From Emiliania huxleyi CCMP1516 (taxonomy: Eukaryota): a stretch of 64,000 bases of DNA. Under the pieces are notes generated by a model. The model was not told where the DNA came from. It worked only from the letters and a program-made list of their open reading frames with translations, and ran no database searches. The translations under genes and the position numbers were made by a program. Positions 1 to 12,753 of the stretch are shown here, one piece after another. The stretch covers positions 623,440 to 687,439 of the forward strand of contig NW_005201792.1 of NCBI RefSeq assembly GCF_000372725.1, written 5' to 3'. Each line of letters opens with the position of its first letter. The stretch's first letter is position 1.

Positions 1-111
1 CTCTCAGTGTGTAGGTACGACTTTGCGTTTTAGCTTCTCAGTGTGTACCCTCTCTCGCTCTCTCAATGTACGTAAGAGAGTGTGTGTGGCTATTCGCTCT
101 TACGAATCTGC

Positions 112-520
112 CTCTCGGAAGACGCGCGCCGGCCCGGGGAACTCGCTTGCGATCCCGTTCCAGCCACAGAGGCCGCGTGAGGCGTGTGGGACGGTGCACC
201 CACGCTGGGGCCCGAGTGCACTGGCCACGCGTCTCGAGGGGAGGGCGGCTCGTAACTGAGGTTCGCCGTCAGAGACAGTCGTCCTCCCCTCAACCGTGGG
301 GGGCGTACTGGCTTGATCCCACCGGCTAAGGGCGGGCAGTCTTCGTGACTGCTGTCACGCTAAGGCCGACGCACCCGATGAGAGGGGATCACGGGGTATA
401 GACTCCGTACGCCCGGCCGGCTTAGCGGCTTACTAGGTCCCGCCCTTCTCTCGGAAGACGCGCGCCGGCCCGGGTGACTCGCTTGCGAGGTAGATCCCGT
501 TCCAGCCAGAGGCCGCGTGA
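112..520. repeat. Pair of ~70-bp imperfect direct repeats (112-180, 448-520), probably a mobile-element remnant
   Basis: CTCTCGGAAGACGCGCGCCGGCCCGGG...ACTCGCTTGCGA...GATCCCGTTCCAGCCA...GAGGCCGCGTGA occurs twice. Confidence 0.6.
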
Positions 521-2358
521 CCACCATGTGGAGACGTCCGGCGGCGCCGAGGAGCGAGATCGTGCCGATCTCCTGGCAGATGATGTTGAGCACCTCGGCG
601 ATGCGAGCGCGGCGGGAGGCGCCGCCGCCGAAGACGGAGTCGGCGACGCTCGAGACGACGCTGAAGGAGGGCGCGTTGGACGCCGGAGCGGGCGGGTCGT
701 GCTGCGACGCGCCGAGCCGGCCGATGCTTGCTGTCGGCAACAGGTTGGAGAGCGCGCCAGTCGAGATGCCCCCGAGCCTTGCACTGACGACGGCACGCCA
801 CGGGCTTCGCGTGAGGCGTGCGAGGCCGCGCGCGAAGTACGGTGGGGAACCCTTGCGTGTGATCTGTAGGTATTCATCCATTTTGCGCGTACTCGTGGTG
901 TTGTAAGGACGTGCTGCTCTGAGAACCAGACGTCTCGAACACAGAGAGCCCGGCCCTTACGGAGTCGCGCACGCACAGGACACCACCAGAAACATAGACC
1001 ACCCATGGCAGTCCCCGTCGACGCGCGGGCGGCGAGTGGGATGGGGCTCGGCCCGCTTGCTCTGCGCACGTTAGCTACGCCGTGGGCTCAGGCCCCCCCG
1101 TTCTCACACCGACGCCGCTCGTTCAGGCCTCGCCGAACTCGAACTTGAACTCGTGGCCCTCCTCCTGCGAGGCCCACTTTGCGCCCGCGATCGTGAAATC
1201 GAAAGCCTTGCCATTCGCCTTGAGCTCCTTGGAGAGGTACTTCACGAAACGGCAGGCGGGGGTGGGACGCGGGCGCCTCAGAGGATGAGTTCGCTACACA
1301 TTACTATCAGCCACCTGCAAATGGCTTTTTTTTTGAGGCGCTGTTGCGGCAGTTGATGTGAACTCGTGTCGCCACACGCCAAGGGCGTATGCTCTGTCGA
1401 GACGTGAGGCGCCTGCGCCCAGGAGGGGAGGGCGCATGCGTAACGACGCTGCTAGAGAAGCCTTTCGGGGCCCAGAGATACAACTTCTGATGCCATGCGT
1501 GACCTAGTAGTGTCCCCAGCTATGGGCGTGTCCACGTTGGAGCCAGGTGTGGTGTGGACGCGAGAATAGCTCCGCCATTCATGGAGGCACCCGATGCGAG
1601 TCGACTGGTGTGTGTCGTCGTGGTTTCGTATCAAGAATACTCACTCACATACTCACATTGCGCCTTTCATAACAGGGGAGTTGTAGTCCATCAGCCCCGA
1701 CCGGCAGCACGCTGTTGGTCGGTTCGAGCGCCCGGTCTGCGTGGGCGCCTCTTCACCGCCTCCCTCCTTTGCCCCGAGCGTCGTTCCGCCCTCCATCCAC
1801 ACCATCCTCGAGCCACCATCTATGTCTCGCCTGACCACGACCTCACAAAGGCGCGCCGTGGCGACGCCCCCTCGCAGGGCCAGATCACTTTCCTGGTCGT
1901 AAAAGCTTGGCGCTACGAGAGGACCAAAGTGGTAAAGGTGGTACTCTCGCTGACCCCATCAAAAGCGTAAAAGCACCCGAGGCTCCACCTCCAGCAGAAA
2001 ATAAGAAGAGAAACTGCAGAAAGTAACCTTTTCCCTCAGGCTAAAAAGCCGTAATGGGCACCGCTCGCGGCTCGGCACCGGGCACACCGACTCGCGGTAT
2101 CCAAAATGCGCCTGCGGGCGGACCCTCACAGCTCACAGCTCACATACCCGGAGGTGGACTGCTGACAGGTTGCGATGAGGACGCCCCGCGGTCCCCCCGT
2201 CCCCCGAGACCCGACGCGCCGCGAGGTTTCGCGGGATTCCGATTGCGTGGTTTCGATCGTTCGGGTGAGTTCGACAGAGAGAGACTAACCGCTTACGCAA
2301 GAGCACGACTGGGTGAGGCGGGAGACACAGTGGCAGTGAACACTAAACTAAAAAACTC

Positions 2359-5300
2359 TCAACTCAACACGCCAGCAACCGCCCTCCGCTCATCGGCGCT
2401 CGACAGTTGTGCGCAGAGCTGCTCGAACTGGCCCTGGCCAAGCTGTGCCGCAACCGACCGCACAAAAGACGCCGACTCCGCTCCAAGGTTGAGGGCCTCA
2501 GCACCGTCCGCATCGCCGCCCCCGCCGCCCATCTCGCCACCGGCGCGATCGTCGTCGTCGTCGTCGTCGTCGTGGTCGTCATCAAAGTCCTCCCCATCCG
2601 AGTCGAGCAGCGAGGAGAGGTTGACCTCGCCCGCCTCGAGGCCGTGAGAGCTCACCTCGTCCAGGGGCACAAAAGGAGACCTCCGCGCGCCCCCTCCCTC
2701 GCCCTCCTCGCCCTCCTCGCCCTCCTCGCCCTCCTCCTCCTCGTCGGACGCGGTCACGTCGCTCTCGTCGCTCTCGCCGACGCCGTAGCCGCCCAGTGCG
2801 CCCCAAGCCGACGACGCCAGCCGCGCCTTTCGCCCTTCCGCGCCGGAGGCAGGAGGACAGGCGAGCTCGCGCGCCAGCAGCTGGAACGCGCGCACCAAGA
2901 GCGGCAGCTGGGGCTGGTGGGGAAGTGGTAGCCCTAACCCAGCTTCCCGAATCCTGCGCGCCTTTGCGCGTGTCAACCTCGCCTCCCTCGCATCAACCTG
3001 CGCGCGGCGAATAAGGGGCGCTCAACCCTAAGTGCGGCGCTGCCACAGCACGACACCCGCGAGAGCAGCCTGCGCGTCTCCCGCGACCGAGAGGTGCCAG
3101 AGCTCGGCCGGCGGCGGCGCGGGCGGCGCGGGCGCAGTGAGGAGCCGCATCAGCACGACGAGCAGCTCCCGCCGCGCCGGCGGCTGTGCGGTGTCCGGGA
3201 TGGCATCGACCTGTGCGGTGCGGCAGGACGGCTGAGAGCGGCGTGCAGCGCGAAGCACAGGCGAGCAGCCAGAGACGGCGACCCACGCGCGGAGCACCAG
3301 CGGCACCGCGGGCTGGGTGTCGCCTCCGTCGAGCTCGGGCCGACCTCGTCGGGGAAGCCTCGCGGCCTCGTCAGCGGCGAGCCTGTTGTCGGGGAGGGGA
3401 AGGGAGGGGGGTCGGAGGACGGCGGCGGCAGAGGCGGCGCTCCGTCGGTGTGTGGCGCGCCTGCCGAGCGTCGCTTCCGCGCCGAGCGCGAGCACGGCCT
3501 GCGCGAGGAAGGAGAGGAGGGCGAGGCGGAGCCCGAAGAGGGTCTTGCGCCGCAGCCACGCCACGGCGAGGCCGACGAGGTCGCCGAGGGCGGGCGCGAT
3601 CGCGGGCGCCGCCTGGCCGCGCAGCAGGTCGCAGAACAGGCGCGCGGAGTGGTGCACGGCCTCCTCGCCTTGGTGGGGAGCGAGGGAGGGTGAGGGGGAG
3701 GGCGAGGCGCGCAGCGGAGGGACGGAGGTCCTCGCCGAGCTCCGCGCGCAGCATGCGGCCGAAGGTGGGGGGCAGCAGATTGGCGGCGGGGCCGCCGCTC
3801 CCATCGCCGAGGGCGCCTCGCTGTGCGAAGCGGCGAAGGCAAGCGCAGCCCACTCGCAAGACCTCCGGGTCGCTTGAGGCACCGAGCACCCGCAGCAGCG
3901 CTGGGAGGGCCTCGCCCGCCGCCGCCGCCGGCAGTGGCGTGCCGCAGGGCCAGCGCTTGAGGACGACGGCGCTGAGCAGCTCGAGGGCGGGCTGTGTCGG
4001 GTCGAGCGGCTCGTCCTCGTCCCACTCCTCGCCGGCTGCCGCCGCACTCGCGGCGGCGCTGGCGTCGGCCGTGCTCTGCAGGGTGAGGACGAGGCCGATG
4101 ACCGGAAGGAGCTTCTCCACGAGGCCGGGCAGCGCGGAGGGGGCGAGGGCGAGGGCCTGACTCGGAACCGGGAGGCCGCCAGAGAGAGCTGCGTCGGGAG
4201 GGGGGGGGGGGGGGGGGAGAGGGGCTGGGACTGAGCACCTTGAAGGCGTCGACGATAGCCATTGCCAAGAGGGGCTCGGCGTGGCGCGACGACCAGAGCC
4301 GGAGCAGCAGCGGCGTCAGCTCGCCCTCTGAACGCGCCGCCGTGGCGGCGTCCCGCCGAAGCAGCGCCGCAATGCAGTCGAGGACTGCGATCGCCACGTC
4401 CTCGGACTGCACCTGGGCGTGGGGCGGGAGGGGCGGGCGGAGAGGGTCAGTAGCACGGGAGGGGAGGGGTTACGGCGTTGGGGGGAGGGGGGAGGGGGGG
4501 GGGGGGGCGCCTCGTCGCTCGAGAGCAGTCCAGCCACAGCAGGTAGCAGCGTCGCCACCGCCGGCGCGATGTGGGCAGCGGGCGCTCGGTTGGCAAACCC
4601 GGCGACGGCGCGGCAAGCGGCGAAGCGCAGGAGCGGCGGCTCGGTCGGCTGGAGTGCGGCGGCGGCGGCAACCAGCAGCGGGTGGGTCGCCGCCGCCGAC
4701 GCGCCGGGGGAGAAGAGTGCCGCGGTGCAGAGCGCTCGGGCGCGGAGGAGCGGCGGCGCGGCGGGGGCCACGTCAGGGAGGAAGAGCTCGGAGAGCAGCC
4801 TGACGGGGAAAGGGGGCGACCCTCGGAAGTGTCTAGGAAGTGTCGGAGACGGGCACCGCTCGGTCCAACCTCTCGGCCGTCACCGGCGGGGGCGGCGCGG
4901 CATCGCCACGCTTAGCGTGAGCGCGACCCGCGCGCAGCAGCGACGGCGCAGCAAGGCCCAACGCGATGAGGGACGCCTCGCGCGTCCGCCACCAGCTTGC
5001 CGCGGCGGCGGGCGCGTCCGCGCCGCCGCCTGCTGCGAGTGCGCGCGCTGCGTCCGCCTGCGGGGAGCGGGGCGGGCGTCGGGCAAGCGCAGCAGGGGAG
5101 GGGAGCTGCCGTCCTGTGGATGCGGCGAATCGGACAGAGCAGCGTCCGGGCGGCGTGCGGGACGAGGCCGGAGGACGAGGCCGGAGCACCCCTCTGGCGC
5201 GCAGTGTGCAGCAAGGGCCGAGAGTGCACGTCTTGGATGGGTGTGACCCCGCGCCTCGGCCAGCCTCCTCTCGACGGCGGCGCAGAGCGGCGTGACGACA

Positions 5301-6820
5301 CGCCGGCCGCAGCTGTCGACGAGCTCCTCAAGCAGCTGCTGCGCGGCGACGCGGAGTGAGCAGGCGAAGGTGTCGTCCTCCTCGTCGAGGAGGTACTGCT
5401 GCAGGTCGTCGGCCCACGCCTGCTCGCCATCGAGGCTCGCCATCGAGGAGGGAGTGAGAAGGAAGCAGGCACTGCTGCTGGCCGTCAGCCAAGGCCTGCT
5501 CGGTGGCGACGGGCAGCTGCGTGAAGGCGATCGCGCCGTGGAGCAGCTGCGGCAGCGCCGGCAGCAGCAGCTTGTGGTGGCGCGAGGAGGAGGCCATCGC
5601 GGCGAGGACGTCGAAGACGTGCGAGACGAGCGCCTCGAGCCCGAGCGAGGAGCCTGCGGCAGGGCGGGGGTGGGGGTGGGGGTGGGGCACACGGAGGGCG
5701 CTTGCCGCTTCGGGCAGGCAGGGAGGAGTCTGCGAGGTGTCTGGGAGGCGCGTGCGAGGAGCGACCGTCGGAGTCGGCCCCCTCCTCGCCCAGGCTGGCG
5801 GCGTCGCACAGCAGCCGCTGCTGGAAGGTCTGCAGCGCGCCAGACAGGAGCGCGCCGAGCGGCGGCAGGAGCGAGCACCGCGCGGGCGGCAGCGAGGCGG
5901 GCCACGAGGAGAGCAGCAGCTGCAACAGCCGCAGCAGCGCGATGGAGAGGGAGTGGTCCTCTGGCTCGCCTGCAAAAGAAGGTTCGGGGAAGCTTCGTGC
6001 GCGGTGCGGCGAGGGAGAGGGAGGGTGCCTTCTGCAGCGTACCGCCCGGTGGGGTCACGCGGTAGCGCGAGGCGAGCTGGCCCAGCTGCTCCGTCGCGAG
6101 CACCCCCCACGCAGCCACTGGCCCGGCGCGGAGCCGCTGCAGCTGGCGATGGTCGTCGCCAACCAGCAGCGAGAGCCGCTCGATCACGCGCCTTGCGACA
6201 CGCACGGACCGCGCCGCCTGCTTGGCGCTCGCGGCGTCGCCGCCGGCGCCCCGCGCGAGCTGAAGAAGCAGCGGCAGCAACCGCTGCGTCGCCGCCGGCA
6301 GCTGATCTTCCGACAGCTCGGACGCGCACAGCTCGAGGCAGCGCAGTGCGCCGGCGGCCGGCGCGCCACCGCCGCCGCCAGCGCCACCACCGCCGGCCGC
6401 CGCCGCCTCGAGCGGTCGGAGGAGCTCGTCCATCAGCGAAGGCCACTCGTCGGGCCAGTCCCACTGCGCGATGGTTGCCACAGCGACGCCGACGGCGGTG
6501 CGGATACGCGGCACCCTGTCCGACAGGCCTCGCGGTAGTGCAGCGCGCACCGCCGCCTTCTCGTGGTCGGAGACGAGTGGAGGCGTGAAAGTAACGGCCG
6601 CCTCGCACCAGTGCGTGCGCAAGAAGTTCTTGAGCACAACAGCTGCCAGCTGCCGTGCCGCCGCCTCCGCCTGCGGCTCGAGCAGCACCTCGACAAGGCT
6701 GACCACAAACCCGGGCTGCGCGCTGAGTGAGGAGACGCGCTCCTCCGCCGCACGGCGCACCGCCAGGTCAGTTAACAGCGCGTCGCACAGGGCGGCGAAC
6801 ACTGCCTGTGTGAGGGACAT
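2359..6820 (-). CDS. IPO9: Importin-9-like karyopherin (multi-exon)
   Basis: N-terminal importin-beta domain (RRAAEERV...RQLAAVVLKNFLRTHW...IRTAVGVAVATIAQWDWPDEWPSL), WADDLQQYLLDEEDDTFACSLRVAAQQLL and REASL motifs, acidic C-terminal tail; exons joined by GC/GT-AG introns. Confidence 0.85.
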
Positions 6821-7780
6821 GCAGGTCTTGGCGACGGGAGAGAGAGGAGCCAAGCGGGGTTTTTTTTGTTGCCACGAGAGGGCAACACTGGTCATCGCCC
6901 GCCTGCGCCGTAAAAGCCCACACAGCTCGTAGACGTACTGTGTACTGTGTCTTCATGTGGCCTACGCGACTGCACATACATAATTTCCGAGATTCAAGAA
7001 TTTTAGAAAACCAACAAGAAATCACGACTCTCACACCTTCTTGAGATTCTAGGTTGTGAAACGGGTCCACCTCCGCCTTGCCTGCGGTCTTGGCCGCAGC
7101 TTCACCGACCGCCCGGATGTGCGCGTCGTAGAGGGCGCCGTCGGACTCGGAGCACTGGCTGCGCGCGGTGACCCATGTGCTCCCGTCCCTCTCAGGGTAC
7201 CACGCTGCGCTCTGAGTAGTCGCTAAAATCCGACGACATTGGCGCACGACGCGCCGCGCGATTAGCGAGCGCGCGCACGAGACGCTGGCCGGCCGAGTTC
7301 GCCGAACGAATCGGTAAAATGCCACTTGAATCGAGACGTCCTCGCAGTTGTTTGGTTCGTATTCAAACCAAAAGTTCGCGACGGCGTTGAGGCCTTGCTG
7401 GTGCATCAATCGGGTTTACGGCAATCCTCCGCTTACCGAGCGGCGCCAGCTGGAAAATTAGATTGCACGGCGGCGCCGAAGCCCGAAGGGAAGGGAGCAC
7501 GGACGGACGGAGCAGCGGCGAGCGGTGCCGGTGATGTGTGTTGATGGTTCGGTAAAGGTAATCCCCCGCCCCGGCTTGCCAAGCCAGTCGTGCTCGTGCG
7601 GCCGTGTGGGCTACCTGCCTGGCTCCTGGCTATAGGATCCCAGGTTGGCCCAGGTACGATTTTGTCGAATTTAGTTCAAAATCTCTGCAGGCGCGGGGAG
7701 CGCCTGTGCGACAATGTTGAAAAAAATGCATTCGGGCCTGATCTTTCAAATTTGCGGTGGGAGTTGGGACTGGAGGAGGT

Positions 7781-7910
7781 GGGTTAGGGTTAGGGATAGC
7801 GGATAGGGTTGCGGTTGTGGGGTGGTTGGGGCTGTTGCTGTTGGGGTTAGCGACGGGTTTAGAGGGTTTTAGGCATAGGCGATAGGGGTTAGGGCGTTTT
7901 GGGTTTGGGT
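7781..7910 (+). repeat. Degenerate interstitial telomeric (TTAGGG)-like tract
   Basis: GGGTTAGGGTTAGGG followed by decayed GGGTT(A/G)-type units. Confidence 0.65.
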
Positions 7911-8014
7911 ACGTGGTGCGTGGTGTATTTCATGTGTGTGTCATATTAGTGTATGCCAGCGTTGCAGAGCCCAACGAGTCGCCCGAGGGGTGGACCAGGG
8001 TTGGGAAGGGCGGC

Positions 8015-8893
8015 ATGCCGGACAGGTTCACCATGAGGAACCATGGCCGCAAGCCGCCGGGCAAGGCGGTCAAGCGCAAGCCTGACCGCCAGCCCGCACC
8101 CAAGGGAGGTGGACCCCCACCCCCCTCTCCCAAGGTGAACAAGAACAGGCTGAGCGCGCTGGGCGCTGGCCCTTCTGGCACCAGCGGGAGCCACGAGCGC
8201 GCACCGCCGCGCTCCCCCTCCCCCTCCTCGCCGCCTGCCAAATCACCGCGGCCATCTGCGCCTGCTTCCGAGTATGACTCCGAGCTCGACCAATACTTTT
8301 CCGACGCCGAGGCGCGGGATAGGGTGGCAGGGGTTGTACACGACGCAGTGCAGCAGGCTGTGATGCAATACGGCTATGACGACGAGCTCTTCCAGGATTG
8401 GAGGGACGGCAAGATAGGCGAAAAGGACTTGCCGGAGGAGGTGATGGCTATGACTTTGGACCTTTGCGAGAGGTGGCGAGCGGAGCAAGAGCGGTGTAGG
8501 CGCGTCCACGCGGCGCAGCGGCTCTCCCGCGACCCCGGCCCCTCTCGTAGCCGCAGCCGTAGCCGCAGCCCCAACTCTTGCCGCTCTTCCAGGTGTCGGG
8601 TTGTGACGAGGGGTGAGGGGACACGGATTGAAGATCCCTCACACCAAGATCGTGCAGGGCGGGGACACACGTCCCTAAATCCCATCTCGTCTCAGAGTTT
8701 GACCGTTTTCTTTATTTATTTAGAGCGCGTTCTGCGCGGCCGCGCTGGGGATCTGCATCTGGGGCCCGGCCGACTGCACGCTAATGGCTACACGCTCGCA
8801 CACCACTTGCAGAGTGGCTCTCCCGGGCGCTCAGCCCACGGCGGAGGCACGCCAGGCCCCGGGGAGTCGGCCGTCACTCGCCTAAGCGCCTAA
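8015..8893 (+). CDS. Hypothetical protein (basic/Pro-rich N-terminus, acidic helical middle)
   Basis: Open frame from ATG 8015 with a protein-like middle (SEYDSELDQYFSDAEARD...DLCERWRAEQE); no family recognised, 3' end uncertain. Confidence 0.35.
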   Translation: MPDRFTMRNHGRKPPGKAVKRKPDRQPAPKGGGPPPPSPKVNKNRLSALGAGPSGTSGSHERAPPRSPSPSSPPAKSPRPSAPASEYDSELDQYFSDAEARDRVAGVVHDAVQQAVMQYGYDDELFQDWRDGKIGEKDLPEEVMAMTLDLCERWRAEQERCRRVHAAQRLSRDPGPSRSRSRSRSPNSCRSSRCRVVTRGEGTRIEDPSHQDRAGRGHTSLNPISSQSLTVFFIYLERVLRGRAGDLHLGPGRLHANGYTLAHHLQSGSPGRSAHGGGTPGPGESAVTRLSA

Positions 8894-9166
8894 GCGGCCT
8901 AAGCGGGGGGGTGCTTAGGGTGCTTAGGCGCTTAGGCGGCCCTTGCGAGCGTGGCGGCGTGGTGATATCGTAATACAGGTGACTCCGAGGACACTCATGA
9001 TGCTCCTGCTAGTGTCATTGCTCAGAGAGCAGCCTCACCACGTCCACTGTCTACCACTGGCCCTGCCCTTGGTCGGCGCACACTGCCGCTGAGCAGCGCT
9101 GGTGCGGCTACTCAGCATCAGCCTCGTCACACGCCTCCGCCAGCGCCGTGAATTCCTTATCCAGTT

Positions 9167-9721
9167 CTAATACTCTTGTATCGCTGCCTTGACCGTGTCC
9201 GCACCTGCATGGTCCAGCAAGTCGCCGTGAAAAAACCAATCGACAGAATGGAAGCCACGGTCGTCGGGACCTGCCGAACCAGAGACGAGGTACTCCAAGC
9301 GGTCGTCGTCTTCATCGACAGGGTTCCTCAGCGCCACCGCAGTCATCTGGCTCGGATCGCAGTAACGCACGCCGAGCACCTCTTCAATTTCCAGCAAGTC
9401 TGCGTCCATGGACCCGGCAACCTTGTCGCTGGCGAGTGGTGGCAGATGACTGACATCCCACAGCACCAGCAGCAAAGGCGGGCGGGCCGACCCCGCGGCC
9501 ATCGCCGCCGCTGCCGCCTCCCCCTCCGCCGCCGACCCCTCCGCCGTCGCCGTCACCTTGGGCTGCATCACCCGCGCCGCGTCGCGCACCGGCTCGTGCT
9601 CATTCAAAGGCGCCTCGAGTTGCAGGCCAGCGGCACTGGCGGTATCGTGGTCGGGCTGCCCAACGTCGGCGCAGGAGGGAGGGGGCAAAGCCGTTATGAA
9701 GAGCGCGAGTGCGAGCGCCAA
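9167..9721 (-). CDS. Hypothetical protein or pseudogene with a weakly chromodomain-like C-terminus
   Basis: Hydrophobic N-terminus but TTG start; C-terminus LEIEEVLGVR...LEYLV...W...AIQEY loosely resembles a chromodomain. Confidence 0.3.
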   Translation of the reverse strand: MALALALFITALPPPSCADVGQPDHDTASAAGLQLEAPLNEHEPVRDAARVMQPKVTATAEGSAAEGEAAAAAMAAGSARPPLLLVLWDVSHLPPLASDKVAGSMDADLLEIEEVLGVRYCDPSQMTAVALRNPVDEDDDRLEYLVSGSAGPDDRGFHSVDWFFHGDLLDHAGADTVKAAIQEY

Positions 9722-10415
9722 GAGGGCCCAGATTCTGAGCAGCAGCCGGCCTGGTCATGCGACCACTTGCCGACGTGCGTCCAGCATTCCGTGTAGGACG
9801 AACGCTGATCGCTGAAGTTTGCTCTCCGACGTCGTGCCGAGCGAAACCTTTTCCTTCGAAGCTCAGCGACGTAGCCGGGCGAGCGGAGTAGGGCAGTCCT
9901 AGAGAGCACCTTGAGGCCATTCAATAGAGCCCGTACTATAGTCGAGAGTCGATCGCCGGCCGGCGCAGTGCTGCTCTGACCGCTCCGCCGGGCCGCCTCC
10001 GGGCCGCCGCCGCGGAGACGTGCACATAGGCAAGTTGGTATTTTCATATATGAACTTCAAAATAGTATTGGCTAGTCTAATTCTACTCATCACAACTCGC
10101 CAGGAACACCCCCACACTATAGGGTCATTGTGTAGCCCTGCTTAGAAGGAAAAGGTTTTGTGCAAGGTCCGTATGGCTCACCGTGTAGTCGGCCGCCCGA
10201 GCGATGCCCGAGGCCGAGCGAAATTTGCTGATCAAAATCGTTTGCGGTGGCCCAGATCGTCGAAGAGCCACATACCGCCAGTGATACAGACAGAGTACTC
10301 TCTCGCAACCCCACCGGCTCGGCATGCGCAGCACCACACGCGAGACGGTGCCACAGCCAGCATGTACCCGAACGGCGATGCGAGGCCGGCGGAACGATCA
10401 ACCGTGGTTGGTACT

Positions 10416-12632
10416 TCAATCCTCCTCGGCTGAGCCGACCACGCTGCCCTCCGCGTCTACCTCGGCGGTGAGCGCCTCGCTCTTCACGTTCGCGCCTGCC
10501 TCGACGCTCACATTGCTCCCCACCTGCACGTCTTTGAGCGTCGCGCCCTCGTGCACCTGTCCCCAGAGGGCGCCCGTCCGCCCTCGCCTCCGCCTCGCGC
10601 GGCTGCGCACGCTACAGCGGCAGGCAGGGTGGGTGCCGGCAGGGAGGGAGGGCGGGTGCGGGCTCGCCTCGGCGCCGCGGCAGAGGATACAGTTCGACAT
10701 GTGCACCTGCGGGCGAGTCGAGAGACAGCCGGAGGTGCAGCCGAGGTCCAGCCGAGGTGCAGCCGAGATGAGGCACAGCCGAAGGCTCGGCAGGCTCGCG
10801 GGGCGAGAGAGGGGCGGCACCCACCGCCGGCGGCCGGCTCGCAATCTCGGCCCGATCTCGGCCCGATCTCGGCCCGATCCGGGCACCCCTCTCGCCCCCG
10901 TCCGCACCTTGTCGTGTACCACCACCCCCTCCATCAGCACGCAGTTGGTCAGCCGCACGCCCGCGCCGAGCCGGCAGTGCGGCCCCACCGCCGACTTCTT
11001 CACCTGCGAGCGCGGCCCGAGCTCGACAGAGCCGCCTGCACGCGCACGCCGCAGAGGGCGTCAGTGCGGGAGAGGGTGCGGGAGAGGGTGCGGAAGAGGG
11101 TGCGGGAGAGGGTGCGGGGGAGGGTGCGGAGAGGGTGCGGGGGAGGGTGCGAGGCTCGCCTCGCGCGCTCTGCTGGTCGATGTTGCTCGCCGCGAAGTTC
11201 CCCTCGCGGAGGGGCTCGGTCGGCTCGGCGGCCTTGTCGAAGGTCGCTGCGCCGCCCTTGCAGATGTCGAGGTTGGCCTGCCCCGAGGGGTGCGAGCGGG
11301 CGGGGGGGGTTGGCGGGGGGAGGGCGTGCTGCAGGCCCTCTGCGTGAGCAGGTGCCGCAGCCTGTAGGCGGGAGAGGTGGGGAGACACGGGGAGATGTGG
11401 GGAGACACGGGGAGATGTGGGGAGACATGGGGAGATGTGGGGAGGGCGCAGCCTGCATGTAGGCGGCGATGGAGCAAGCTCGCATGCAGTAGTGGCCTTC
11501 GTGCGGGACGACGTAGCAGCAGCAGCGGACGGCGCCGGCGAGGCGTGCGGCGGTGGCGGCGGCGGAGGACATGGCGGTGGCCTGCTGCGCAGAGGATCTC
11601 ATCGAATCTAATCTAAGGTGATTTGGCGGCGGAGGACGTGGCGGCTGCCTGCTGCGGCTGCGCCTCGGCCTGCGGGAGCGGGAGGTTGGCCTGGTCGAGG
11701 AACTGCTTCCGGACGAGGTAGGGGAGGAGCTCGAACTTTGCAGACGAGAAGTGCGGCTTGTGGTCGAGCACCTGCGCGGAAGCAGGGCGGGCGCGGTGGG
11801 CGGGCGCGGTGGGAAAGGGCGAAGGGCGAGGGGGAGGGAGGCGAAGGTCGGGGCTGCGTCGCTGCGCTGCTGCGCCGGGCTGGCTGCCTCGCCTCGAGCA
11901 CCCAATGCGCAAAGAGGTAGACGTGCGGGTCGGCGAGGTCGCTGTGCACCTGCAGGACGGCTCCGAGAAGGGTCAGAGAAGGTTCAGAGAAGGTTCGGGG
12001 AGAGGCTCCCTGCAGGTGCGATGCTCGGCGAGGGCGCTGTGCGCCTCGAGGTGGGGATGGGCGCGCAGCATGGACTCGGAGACCGTGATGACGCCCCCGT
12101 CGCAGTCGGCCGCCGACTCGAGGTACAGCAGCCGCTGCCGCGACTCGTCGATGCCAACAAAGTCCGTCCCGTCCAGGTCGCGCGCCTTCTTCTTGTCGGC
12201 GGCAGGCCGCGGCGGCTGCTGCTTGAGGAGCACGGTGACGGAGGCGCCGTGCAGCTGGTGCATCGCCGCGATCTTCTGGAACGGCACGTCCGAGATTGTG
12301 TCGCCAGAGATGAGCGCGAAATCGCCCGCCAGCCGGCCGCGGCCCCTCAGCGTGCGCAGCGCGTCGGCGCTGCCCGCGCCCTCCTCGACGACCACCAGCT
12401 CGATGCGGAGAGGCCCGCGGTACTCGCTCACCACAGCCTCGAGCCGGGAGAGGTGCCGGTCGTTGGTCACCACCAGCACCTCTCCGAAGCTGCCCGCGCG
12501 CTGCAGCATCTCGAGCTGGTAAGAGAGGAGCGGCCGGTTGCCGACGGGGAGCGCGGCGAGCGGCATGTCCTCCGTGAGAGGGTACAAGTTGTCGCCATCG
12601 TTGCCGTTGGCGAGGACCACGGCGGTGAGCAT
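10416..12632 (-). CDS. EIF2B3: Translation initiation factor eIF2B gamma subunit (multi-exon)
   Basis: Nucleotidyltransferase-like N-terminus (AVVLA...LYPLTEDMPLAALPVGNRPLLSYQL, GSADALR, DFALISGD), DLADPHVYLF, ELLPYLVRKQF and C-terminal hexapeptide repeats (KKSAVGPHCRLG..VRLTNCVLMEGV). Confidence 0.85.
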
Positions 12633-12753
12633 ACCGACGGCGGTCGCGGTGCGAGGCGGGGCGGTGGCGGGAGAGGCCTCTGCCGGGCGCTGCCACCACC
12701 AACAAGCCAAAAGAAAGAGGAGGGGAACACCGCGCACTCTCTCACATTACAAG

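Noticed and set aside
902..1000. TGTAAG start suggestive of an LTR
   Set aside because: No second LTR, primer-binding site or gag/pol ORF could be found in the window.
6930..7409. Short minus-strand ORF upstream of importin-9
   Set aside because: No recognisable motif and no support beyond an open frame.
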